Below are positions 52,791 to 64,000 of a stretch of DNA of 64,000 nt, in pieces. Within the stretch, counting starts at the first letter, position 1, and every line of letters starts with the position of its first letter. The stretch lies in assembly GCA_051294375.1 (NCBI GenBank), contig CM119263.1, positions 28,972,079-29,036,078 of the forward strand. Direction: 5' to 3'. The stretch is from Paraspadella gotoi (lineage: Eukaryota; Animalia; Chaetognatha). The notes beneath the pieces were generated by a model that saw nothing but the letters and a program-made list of their open reading frames with translations, ran no database searches and was not told the origin of the DNA. The position numbers and the translations under genes were made by a program.

Positions 52791-52831
<41 letters not shown>

Positions 52832-52832
52832 A

Positions 52833-52888
<56 letters not shown>

Positions 52889-53055
52889 TTCGAGACGAAA
52901 GATCGTTCTGTATACGTTTCTCGACGCCCGGGTGAGAGAGCGCACGCGCGATGCCGAGGAAAAAGCACGCGGGCGTTGTTGGGTCCCAGAGGCAGCGGCG
53001 CGCAATGGGCTCGCATCGCTCTCAGGAATGGAAGAGGATTACGAGGAGAGAAGAG

Positions 53056-53127
<72 letters not shown>

Positions 53128-54099
53128 AGGGGTACTAGAAAGTCGAGAGAGTGAATGGACGTAAGGAAGTGTCAAATAACAAGACTCATTGATTCTTGAA
53201 ACCTTATTATATTTTATCACTGCCAGGAAATAAAAAAGAGTTTAGATAGCATCGTTTTATTTTAAAGTTTATCATTTCTTCTCATAGATTTTTTTCAGTT
53301 AAGGGAAAGTTTTTTTTTGAAGTTTCGGAATTACATCTCTTCTTCGGAAGTTTATAAAAAATAAAGGCTCAGTAGAAATTAGTCGCCCTTTTAAAGTCGA
53401 TTGTCAGTACATTAGGATTGTTCTTTTTTTTACGATAACTAATTAAATATCTAAAAATATCAATTGAACGTACCACTACAATCTACAAATCTAATTTGAG
53501 AAAAACTTTTCCTATCTCAAATTTAAAACCAACAAAAAAAAGGGAATACAAATTAAATTTACAAAATCTGAAAACTAGTTTACTAACGACGAGGTACAAA
53601 TTAATAACAATTATTAGTTTTAGGTTGGTATTTATGGATACAACCAAAACCATCATCTCCGTACCCAGAAGCACTATCTGAAAGTTAGATAATCGCTATA
53701 TTATGTCTTTTATATGAATTTTTCCATCAATTATCTGATTATTTAAGAATTTGTAATTTTACAAGCAAGGAACATTAAAGAAGTTCTTCTCCTAATGAAC
53801 CAAAACATGGCCAAAACATAATTATGAAAACACTTATGTCCATTATGGGATGAAGCCAATTGAATTTTATTTTATTTTATGACTAACAAGCAGGGTTACA
53901 TTTAGATTTTTAAGTAAAAATGATAAAGAATGTTTGAAAAATTCTACCATTCATTCATTCATTCATTCATTCATTCATTCATTCATTCACTCGTTCAAAT
54001 TAAAGTATTCTTTTTTTTTTAAAGGGGAGAAGAAATGCCATCTGAGTCATCACTTCTTCATCGGTGAAGTCTGTCCGTAACCTTTTATCAATTCTCACG

Positions 54100-54297
54100 C
54101 TTCACTATTTCTTCCACATCTGCCATCTGTATCCTTCACCAATTCACTTCTTCTTCGGCGTCTGCCATCTGTATCCTTCACCAATTCACTTCTTCTTCGG
54201 CGTCTGCCATCTGTATCATTCACCAATTCACTTCTTCTTCGGCGTCTGCCATCTGTATCCTTCACCAATTCACTTCTTCTTCGGCGTCTGCCATCTG
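54100..54297. repeat. 42-bp tandem repeat (4 near-perfect copies plus a degenerate one) overlapping the CBM14 gene stop codon
   Basis: Unit ttcaccaattcacttcttcttcggcgtctgccatctgtatcc. Confidence 0.9.
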
Positions 54298-57200
54298 GAA
54301 CCCGATTTAGCGGATTCCGACTTGAAGAAAGGATTGTCCCTGATTCCGCTGGCGAGAGTCTTGGCCGGCGGCCGAAGCGTCGCTCCGCCGTAGATTTTCT
54401 GTTTGGCGGCGAAACGAGTTGACTTTTTTGGACGACCGGTTTCGAACAAGGCCTTCATGTCCTTGAACTCGGCCGGGTCGGGTTCTGGCGGACAGAGTTG
54501 GAGGCTTCGTCGTCTGGGGAGGGGTAATGCGGGGTAAGGGATGGGGATGGGGAATGTGGATGCGGGGTGGGGGATGGATGGTTTTAATTGTGACGTCAAT
54601 TGATTTGTCCAAGGAAAAATTTAAATTCTGTTTACTTTTTGTGTTTCGTTCTTTTGCCTTTTTTTTTTCGTTTCGTTCCTTTTCTTCCTTTTTTTAATTT
54701 TTTTATTCTTCTTTTTTTAATTTTATTTTTAATGCCATTAGTGCAATTTTTCTTGCTCAATACTCATCGTTTAATCGTTTAATCTTCTTATTGTCTTAAT
54801 TGTAAAAAAAAAAAAATTTATTCTTCAACTGTTTTTGTTATTTTTAAACTTTTCTGCTCAATCTTGTCTTTTTTCTTCTATTTTTTTCTACTTTCTTTTT
54901 TCTCCTTTTTCTTTGCTTTCCTTTTCTTTCCTTTCTCATCCCTCACCTTTCTTTCTTCCCGCTGAGACAACGAGCGGCGGAACGAACCGCTCGGTCGTCG
55001 TCGTCTTTTTCGTCGTCGTCGTCGTCTTTTTCGTCGTGATCGTCGTCTTCGTCTCCATCAATCGGACTTTCGTCTTCACGGAAGAGGGCGTACCTGAAAA
55101 GTCTTCATCGTCGTCGTCGTCGTCGTCGCCGCGTCGACCGATGACTCCGCGTCGTGCCGTCGACGCCGCTTCCATCGTCGCCGTCCGAACCGGCGTCCGG
55201 CGCGCCTCAATCGGCGTCACGGGCGGACGAATCGATTCCGTCCGCGTTTTGCGCGGGAGACGCGGCGGAGAAGGCGTCGCGGCGACGTGGACGTCGCAAG
55301 GAACGCGTCGAGAGTTCGAAGAAGGTGGCGTTGTTGTCGGAGGTGTCTTTCGTCGCGGCGACGGCGACGGCGTCCTTCCTTCCGGCGTCCTCCGCCCCGG
55401 CGTTCTTCCTTCCGGCGTCCTCCGCTCCGGCGTCCTCCGCTCCGGCGAGGCGTCGTCATCCTCATCACCGATCCGTCTTTCCGGCGAAGACTCCTCCGGC
55501 GATTTCCTGCTTCGCGTCGGCGTCGGACTTTGTCGACACTCCCTCTCCCGACGCAAGTTCTCCTCTCGATCCAGTTTTCCTCCGATAATCTCCATGAGAT
55601 GGCGCACCTCCTCCTCAATCTCTCTCTCCTCCCTCTCCTCCTTCTTTCTCCCTTTCTCCTTCCCTCTCTCGCTCGTCTCCGCTTGGACGCGATAGATTTC
55701 CTCGCTTCTCGCGTTGCAGACTTCGGACAACGTCGACGATCCTTTCCCCTTTCGTTTTTGGCGCCCGACGACGTCGTTGTCGCTCTTCTTCTTCAAGTTC
55801 TTCTTGAGCTTGGCGTAGGCGTCTCTGTTGACCTTTTTGGGCTTGGGCACTAGTTCGGCTTCGCAGTGCCGGCCCAACATTGGATCGCTTCGACGCTCGC
55901 ACATGAGTAGGTTGTCGTTGACTTCGATGACGGCGGACGGGCGAGGGTTCGCGTCGTAGGTCGATTCCAGACTGATAGTATCAAAATAATTGTAAATACA
56001 TTATTAATTGTTATTTTTTAAAACGTTAAAGATACGTACCTGTTGCCTTTTGCCCCTCTTTCGCGAACTTCTTGATAAACGTGATCTTTTGTTTCGATCG
56101 TGTAAAGGCCGGAGTTGGAGCTCGCCCGAACGACTCGCCCTCTCTCGTCGAAGTTGCGTCGCGCCACGGCCGAAGATCTGTATGATGTGAAAACAAATGA
56201 CAATCAATTAGACGTGAAATTGCAAAGAACAATTTTGGCTAACTCACTAACTAATCGGGCTCGAGCAGGCTTAAATTGCATTATAATTTTTGAATGAAAA
56301 TGCATACATGCAATGGCACAGTTTTTGTGAGCAAGAAAATACAAATTTATCAGATTATTCTAACCTTTTGAGTCGGCGCCTAAATTGTGAAAGAAATAAA
56401 TACGTATTATCAATGATCATCATAATGACATCTCTTTAAAATTTCTATTTTTTAAACACCCTTAAACGGTATGCAAAGAAATATTGCTGGCAATTCGTGA
56501 ACTTACAAAATTGTGATTTTTGAACTCACCTCATGTGAATCACGACGGCCGTGATGACGACATAGCAAAGAATGAGAACGAGCGCCATCGCGACGAGCGC
56601 CGTCGTCGGCACGCCCCCTTTCGTCCGGCGCCAGGAAGCTTTGCCGGGATCTGAGCTTTCCTCGACTCGACCGGAAACGCCGCCTCGGTCTCGGCCGCCG
56701 GAAACGGGGATTGGCTCGCGGACGGACGAGTCGGCTGATGCGGACGAATGCCTGGAAGACCAATTTATGTTTATATTTAAATGTTTATTATGATCAGGAC
56801 TCCCGAATCGGGTAATGTATAATATATGGTAATTGGTGAAGTCGATTCAATTATCCTATTTCAGAATAAAATGAGCACTTAAATTAAAAAAATTTGATTT
56901 CAGATTTCAAATATTTTTAAAAAGTGGAATTGAGAGCACCATAACATTTATCCTGGATATTCAAATTAATTTTAAGTTGTTTTTTTTAATTGGCTAGATA
57001 TTTCAATTGTGTAAAAAATAATATTAGTACTGCTATATGCTAATTATATTATATTAATTTTAAAATTTCCAGCTACCCCCGTCACATAAAGTACAAACCT
57101 GATTATTTTAGGGCTTTGAGTTCTCGCCGGAGATTTATCGGTCGGCGAAACATCGACTATGGAAAATAAAAAAAATTCCTCGAATTAACGAGATTGAAAC

Positions 57201-58178
57201 GAATAAATTATGACATTTATATCCCAACTACCGATGATGACTCGGCCCGGCAAATTGTCCGGCAAAAAGCAATCCACGTTGTGCGGCCAATCGCAAATCT
57301 GCGCCAAATGGTTCCACGCCAATCCGCCTTCGCAGGAATGATGGTGTGGCGATCCGTGAACGCATCTTGAGAGACAACGAATACGGGGGCGTGAATACAA
57401 TTGATTGATTGATTGAAATGAACCCCCGTGCTGTGTTAGACTACTTGGTTTACAATTACAATCGATATTCTACAGCACGATTACTCTCCTGTGAAGCATA
57501 ACTAATTTCCTTTCTTATTATTGTCATTTCATACACAACGATCTTTATCAAGTCAATAACAACTATTTCCGATAAACTAGTTAACTAATTTTTTGTAACA
57601 GAAAGTAAATCAAATAGGTCATCGATATCACAGATAAGAACACAACTTCATTCTCCGTTCGACCTAAAGTATCCTGAGCAATCCTTAGGATCGAGAAAGA
57701 ATCCCGTTGGCTCGGGACACTGGAAAGCCCTCTTCGCACGACGCCGGCCTTTGGAGGTCGGAAAGGCTCGTCGATAGGCGGGCACGAGGCGGACGAGGAA
57801 AGTTTGGGGGGAGATGGGAGCGGCGGTTTGGGGCCGAGGCAATATCGGGTGGTGCACGAACATCATTGCTGAGGCCAACGAAAGAAAAATCAATTTGTTT
57901 CTCATTTTAGGTTTTATCATACATAATTTATACAGTCAATATTATATATATATATACATAACAAAAACGAATAGACGGGTCAAAACTCATGCACCAGTGA
58001 CCGGTTAAACTATTGGTGTTTTAATCACAGGCAGTAGGCACTTATCACATCGTTTGACTCTCCATTTCTTACCACAAAGGGGGTATGAAGTGAAAAAGTG
58101 AACGCTGATCAGCACCCAGATGGCGGAACAAGCGTGACAAGGCGGTAAATTAAAGGCGAACGGCGAAGGGCGCGGCAT
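54270..58178 (-). CDS. Single-pass membrane protein (~700 aa) with an extracellular chitin-binding type-2 (CBM14/peritrophin-A) domain and long disordered cytoplasmic tail, 8 exons
   Basis: Exons 58073-58178, 57664-57868, 57232-57365, 57099-57156, 56530-56751, 56040-56177, 54947-55971, 54270-54484; all phases consistent. CBM14: CPEPTGFFLDPKDCSGYFRCVHGSPHHHSCEGGLAWNHLAQICDWPHNVDC. TM helix: ALVAMALVLILCYVVITAVVI. Confidence 0.8.
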
Positions 58179-60207
58179 TTCCTCATTTCGGGGGCGTGAA
58201 AGGGCGACGGCCCCACGATGATGTTGTTGTTGTCGTGACAAGCAAAGTTTGGTCGTTCGTAGGATGAGGATGAACTTGGGGAAAAGTCGGGTTGTACGTA
58301 GGCGTCACGGTCACAGAATCAGTCTTTCGACTCTCGAAAGAAAATTGAATCGTCAAAAGCATATCGGTCTTTTAAGGCGAGATGGAATATTTAAGGAGCA
58401 GAATAACATTTAAGAAGTTCCTATTCTACTGCAGTAGTGTTTGGCGCCAAGTGGTGAATGTATAGACTTTAGTATTAAGCTGCAGTGAGCGAATTTTCTA
58501 GACATTTTTTGTAGTAAATGAATGTGAATTTAATTTTAGGGATCAAATTTAAGATAAAAATTTGTATTTACTTACAACGAATTTGTTTTTATTTATAATT
58601 AAAAACGGCTAAAGCATTAGCCTTCATTTGCGCAATATTTAGTTAAAAACAAATTCTTGTAAGTAAACAGTAGTATTTAAAAAGAGAAAAATTTATATTA
58701 ACGCAACGAAAAGATAGATCCGAAACAAGGGATCAAATTAAAATAATAACAAAAATACAATGAAATACAAAAAGAATTAGGTAAAAATAATTAAAAGGAA
58801 TGAAAACGCAGAGCAGAGATGAAATTCCAAAACGAAGTAGCAAAATCCAAACCGCAAAATAAGCAATGACAGAAACTTGCAGAATGCGGAGAAGAAAAGC
58901 CGGAAATTCCGTCGATATAATTTTTTCGAACAAAGGGCTTCCAGGATTTGAAAATCAACGAAAAGGAAAAACTTGGAAAACAGAAGAGCCAATTTATCTC
59001 TAACGAGACGGAGAGGATAAAAATCTCGATGGCGAAAAAGGAAGAATCTTGGGTGTAGTTTTGGTCCTTCCCCTTTTTTGGGTCCAGTTCCGTTTTTGAC
59101 CCTCTCGTCCACGGCGTCACAAGAAACGCGTCTCTGATACTTTCTATATTCGCCGACATCGATTAGCCAGTAGATCGGCAACGTCAGACGGCTTCTTCTC
59201 AATTCGAACTAATAAGTTTAAGTATAACTGCTGAATCGCCGTCGGCCTGCGTCCGTCCTCCGGCCAGCCGAGACATTCTCTCTCTCTCTCTATCCCGGCG
59301 TGCGTCCGGCCAAGAGGGAAATGATGAGGTGACAATGCTAGACTTTGCATCCAAGTGTGACCCCGCGGTTGGGTAATGCAATGAAAACTTACTTTTCCGC
59401 TTTTTAATTTCAAACAAAAAATATAACCGCGGGAAAGTTTTGAAGAAAGATGAAGAGAAGTCGAGAAAAATGAATGACGATGGTCGATGGTGACATTGTA
59501 ATTAGTTAGCGATTTCGTTTTTTCGTATTGTACTTGTAATGTCAAATGCAGTTGAATCGAGGTTGCTTTGAAATGAACTTGGTTCAAGAAATGATTAAAA
59601 TGTTGGCCCAAGAACCTAGGTTTTTTTATATCAAATCTAAATCATCGTTCAAATGTTTTGAGCAATCAATAAATCGCATGATCTTACTAAGGAGTTTTTT
59701 TTTCACCTTCTACTAATTCTACTTGTACTAATTTCTGGTTGAATAGACTTATATATCGACAAATAGGTTTTTAATTTTTAGTGAAGACAAGGGCGTTACA
59801 TTCCTTGAAATAAAAATTTAACTTCCAAAGAATTTCTTGAATTAACTAATCTCCTCGCCAATTCGATTTAATAAAAAAATAAAAGATTTTTTTTTTATGA
59901 AAAAAGCTCCAAGCGACGAAAAAAAAAATTAAATGCGTCACCAATTTTTTGTCGGGTGATAAAATTAACACTTGTGAAGACAAACCTTTCACCTTTTTTC
60001 CTTTTTTTCTCTCATTAAAGATTAATTAAAAGTGCACTAGCTTCTTCATCGAGTTTCATATTAAACTTTAAAGTGCTTTCATAAACGAGTCACAAAATAA
60101 AGCTATGTAAATACGGGTGGATAGTAAGCTTTATTAAATAAAATCTATACCAAACTATGACCAAGCGAAAGCGACTTTTGAAAAACAGAATTCGCCGACG
60201 ATGGCGA

Positions 60208-62523
60208 TCACGTGACCATGAGTTGATCCAAGGCTTTGTCCGTGTCGTTGTCGGCCGCCACGAGCGCCGCTTTGATCTTCGTATCGTCGAACCCGAACTG
60301 CCGCAACTGCAACAAAGCCTGAGGACAAAAGAAAAGGATCGATGTGAAACATAATTCATGCAGAATTGCATATTGATGTAAACGGACAAACAAAGAATGA
60401 ATAGAAAGTCAGGAAACCTCGATGAATTTCTTGGCGGCGTTTTCTTGTCCGTCGTTGAGCAGCAGCGCGTCTTCAGCGTCGGCGACCGCGTATCCTTCCT
60501 CCGAGAAGTGAGAGACGGAGCACAGGTGGTCGATCACCTTCCGAGGTAGAAAATTAATGGATAGTTTTTAGCCCCGAAAAAAGATACATTTAAAATTTAA
60601 AATTTTTTTAATTTTTATGTTTGAGTGTGCGACGACGAAAAAATAACGAAGACAACGACGAAGTCTTTTTCCTTGTAAAACCTTCCTGGTCAGATCAACT
60701 GACCAAGAAAACCGATTTCTCTCCTTCAATTGTCCCTTGTGTTTTGATATCAATCGTAATGTCATTTAATCAATGAACAACGCATTTCAGTGGAATTGGT
60801 TCACCTGCTTCTCATCGACTCCGTATCGTTGCACGGCTCTGGAAGTGACGCCGACGTCAAAACCCATAACGACGAGTTTATCGACTAATTCTTTTGACGA
60901 CGCAGTCAAATCCGCGTAAGGATTCGACTTCATGGATCTCGGCGGCGGCGGGGGCGGCGAAGGAGCGGCGACCGCTGCGGCGAACACGTCGCCAGCAGCT
61001 TCCGTATCGTGTCGCGCCGAAGGAACGTCGGCTTCGGACAGGGAAGGAAAATCCGGCAGCGCCACGTATTCCGGAAATGAGACGGTGGGCGTGACCGACG
61101 CCGGTTTCGATGCAAACGCCGGGGCTGCGCCGACGGGCGACCCGACGGTGTTGGGAGCGACGACGCCGGCGCTGTGCAAGGAGCGTTTGACTTGAGTCTC
61201 GTCGGCGTCGACGGGCGACTCGACGGCGGAGAGGGCGACACTCTGCGCGCCGGATGAAGTGGGCGTCGAGGGAGAGGAGAGATCCTGGCGCCGATTGGAC
61301 GGCGTCAGTTGAAGATGACGGAGACCGAGTCCGATGGCGGCCGTCGTAGCGGGGGTAGCGGCGACGGCAACGTCGCAGTCGCCGGGGATCTCCCCCGCAC
61401 CGCCCACCACTTCATCATAGCTTGGAGGATGCTCCACGTTGGTCAGGGCCTCCTCGATGCTAGCATCGTCGGATGGAGAGGCGCCGCGTGAGCCGCTGCC
61501 GGAGCTGGCGTCGGCGACGAAAGAGTTCGGCGGGACGACGAGGGTCTCCGCTGAAGGAACGACCGGTTCGGCAGCGTCTCCAGAGGCACACGATTCTTCG
61601 ACAGTTGCTGCCGTTGCTGCCACAGCAGACGCTGCAACATCGGAGCTTTCCGCATCCCCGTTTTTCGCCGAAGATTCGGTCGAAGGCTCCGCTAAACATG
61701 CGCCTGATGAGACTTCCGACTCTCTCGTGGTCTTTGCCGTCTCCAAGACGCTGGCGAGCTCTTCCAGATCGTTGATCGTCTTCCTTTCGACGACCTGTTT
61801 GAAACAGCGATCAAAATTTATATTTAACTAAAAGCTAATGATGATTAATGAAACATTTCAAAAATTAAACAAACGAACCTCGAAAGGATCCTCGCATCCT
61901 TCCCAGTCGGCGATGTTAAAGGCTGTCGACGTCGTCGTCGTTGCTGCCGCAGACGCCGTCGCAACGACGACGCCGTTTGGCGGACGCGCCGCCCGAGCGC
62001 TCTCCAGCGTCTGAGGCTGCAGGATCCGCTGCGGAGCGACGACTTCGCGGAGAAGAGGCGAGGGAAGAGAAGTCGGGCTAGGACGCGAACCGGGTTGCGC
62101 CGCCTTGATGGAATTCGGCCGAGTCGGTGCTGGAGGTTGATCGCCGTTGTTGTTGCTGTTGCTGTTTCCGCTGCCGTCCGAAGCTGGAGACGAAGATGCT
62201 GAAGCCGCCGCCGCCGCAGCAGCCGCTTTTTCCGCTTCCACCCTTCTCTTCTCCGCTTCTTGCTCGGCGCGCTTCCTCGCGGCGTCGTCTCGAGAGCGGC
62301 GCTGCTCTTCGGCGCTCCGAACGACGGACAATTCCAACGCAAAGTCGTAGTCCATTTCGCGCAGGATACGGTCCAGGTCCGGGACGTCGACGTGGAACGG
62401 AGGCGTCACCCTCGGTGGACGGCGGAAGGACTCGGCCAGTTTGAGGGGCACCTCGTCCATGTAGGATGTCGGCGGGACCGGGTCAGGGGCGCGGCGGGAG
62501 CGGGAGACGCGCGACCGAGACAT
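60208..62523 (-). CDS. UBAP1: Ubiquitin-associated protein 1 (ESCRT-I subunit; UMA plus SOUBA domains), ~621 aa, 4 exons
   Basis: Exons 61879-62523, 60805-61794, 60418-60537, 60208-60318. UMA-like SYMDEVPLKLAESFRRPPRV...YDFALE; conserved FNIADWEGCEDPFEVVERKTINDLEELASVL; C-terminal UBA solenoid (MGF, EGY, FGF...DKALDQLM). Confidence 0.9.
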
Positions 62524-62772
62524 GGTTAGTGTAAAACGCAGGGGTGTGACGGGAGGGGAGATTTTAAGTCTCTAAAATGCAGAAATGGCCGAAAGTTTAT
62601 AAGTCAGATAGAACAAATAGAAAGCCAAGAACTCGTTGTGACTGAACGACTTAGATTAAGAGTGATTGAGTGAGTGTTAAGTAATTACGACGTCATTAGC
62701 ACGATAAAGTAAGTCAATGACGGGTAAGGATCTCTGAATTAGCAGCTTATACCCAAGTGCAGGCGACTTGTG

Positions 62773-62782
62773 ATCACGTGAC
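62773..62782. promoter_or_regulatory. CLEAR-like E-box upstream of UBAP1
   Basis: Minus strand GTCACGTGAT, 9/10 match to GTCACGTGAC, about 250 bp upstream of the ATG. Confidence 0.35.
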
Positions 62783-62821
62783 CGACTTCAGCGACGAAGC
62801 GAACAAAAGACGTCGGGTGCG

Positions 62822-62989
62822 AATTTATAAAGGGAAGTCAGTTGGGCTACTTATTCAGTCATTGATTTTGAATTAATAATTAATAATATTAATTAATAAT
62901 AATATAATAATTAATTAATAATTAATAATTAATAATTTATAAAGGGAAGTCAGTTGGGCTACTTATTCAGTCATTGATTTTGAATTAAT
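62822..62989. repeat. 56-bp direct repeat separated by a pure A/T spacer
   Basis: aatttataaagggaagtcagttgggctacttattcagtcattgattttgaattaat at about 62822-62877 and 62934-62989. Confidence 0.85.
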
Positions 62990-63549
62990 CAATGATTAAT
63001 AATCATACTTTCTATTTGATATTGACTAAATGGGAAATAAACTTTCATTTTACAACATATAAAGTTAAACAAATCGACTTGTTTTACTTTAGAAAATTGT
63101 TTCGACTACTTATTTTTTCTACTACTTATTATTACTACTACTATTACTTCAATTTCACGTCTAGTTTATTTCTAGTCTAGTCATGTCATGTTTATTTTTC
63201 CAAATCTGCAGCAGAATCCATTGGTCAAAATAATTGTCGTGAAAGTTTTCATTCAAAGGAGTCCAAATATTACTATCATTAATTATACGACATGTGAGCA
63301 GCGAGCGAGATAAACGATCAAACCTGTTTCGAACACCTGACGAAAAAAATGAATAATATTACCTAAAAGAAATTGATACATGGAGAATGGACATTTTATT
63401 TCTACAATAGCAGAAAAGAAGAGAAAAAAAAACAGCTTTTGTTAAACAGTTCTAAATTCACAATGATCAATTTAAGGAACGACCGCACGTAACAGAAAAA
63501 AAAACAATTATTAAAACGGAAATCCATTTTCGTTAATGAGATATTCATA

Positions 63550-64000
63550 TTATCGACCTCTTCCTCTTCCACCTCGTCCTCTTCCCCATCCTCCTCCACC
63601 ACCCCCACCCCCGTATCCTCCTCCACCTCCCCCTCTACCGCCTCTACCCCTTCCTCTTCCCCCTCTCGATCCCCCCTCGTCGTTCCTCCACCCCAATCAT
63701 CTTGAGGGGAGTGTCCGAATTGATGTCCGCCACCTCCGCGCCCTCTGCCGCGATTTCCCCCTCGAAAGCCGCGCCCTCTGCCGGGACCCTCGTCCCAGCT
63801 CCGCTTGTTCCCGGCGGAGGGCGAATCCACGTAGGCTTCGGACTGCATGTCGCGGTCAAAGTCGTCCATTTCCTCGTTGCCACGGTCGGGGACCGGGCCG
63901 CCGCCTGGACCGCCGGGTCCGCCGCCGTCGGACCAATTGTTTCTGCCGCCGCCCCCGCTCCAGTTATCGCCTCCCCCTCTGCCCCCGCGGCCTCGCGAAG
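63550..64000 (-). CDS. 3' end of a Gly/Arg-rich (RGG, WG-containing) probable RNA-binding protein; partial, continues beyond the window
   Basis: Reads SRGRGGRGGGDNWSGGGGRNNWSDGGGPGG...GRGRGFRGGNRGRGRGG. After a 1-nt shift near 63690 it continues DEGGSRGGRGRGRGG...WGRGRGGRGRGR* (TAA at 63550-63552). Confidence 0.7.

Noticed and set aside
54100-54297. CRISPR array, selenocysteine readthrough or neuropeptide precursor (G-RRRRR repeats)
   Set aside because: There are no unique spacers, no SECIS or redox context was evident, and the open frame has no start codon or signal peptide.
31828-62529. Plus-strand ORFs over GC-rich exons (e.g. 32258-32920, 50027-50812, 54835-55695)
   Set aside because: Antisense shadows of the minus-strand coding exons.

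Overview
Eukaryotic (animal, probably invertebrate) draft scaffold with N gaps, many (GA)n/(GAC)n microsatellites, AT-rich introns, GC-rich exons and error-prone stretches that look like unpolished long-read gap fill. By hand I could splice eight protein-coding genes, all on the minus strand. From right to left: the 3' end of an RGG/WG-rich protein, UBAP1, a single-pass membrane protein with a chitin-binding CBM14 domain, a beta-propeller-like SOCS-box protein, a soluble guanylate cyclase beta-1 subunit (12 exons, one GC-AG intron, one apparent 1-nt deletion), an intronless secreted protein of 24 EGF repeats plus a vWA domain, a divergent caveolin-like protein with an upstream X-box-like motif, and the first two coding exons of a class-1-like semaphorin whose long introns fill most of the left 27 kb. 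No RNA genes, CRISPR arrays or intact transposons were seen. Family assignments rest on recalled motifs, not database searches. The best leads are the Lys-rich EGF24-vWA protein, the chitin-binding receptor-like protein, the caveolin-like gene, a dual-frame first exon in the SOCS gene, and tandem repeats that multiply a splice donor and a stop codon.
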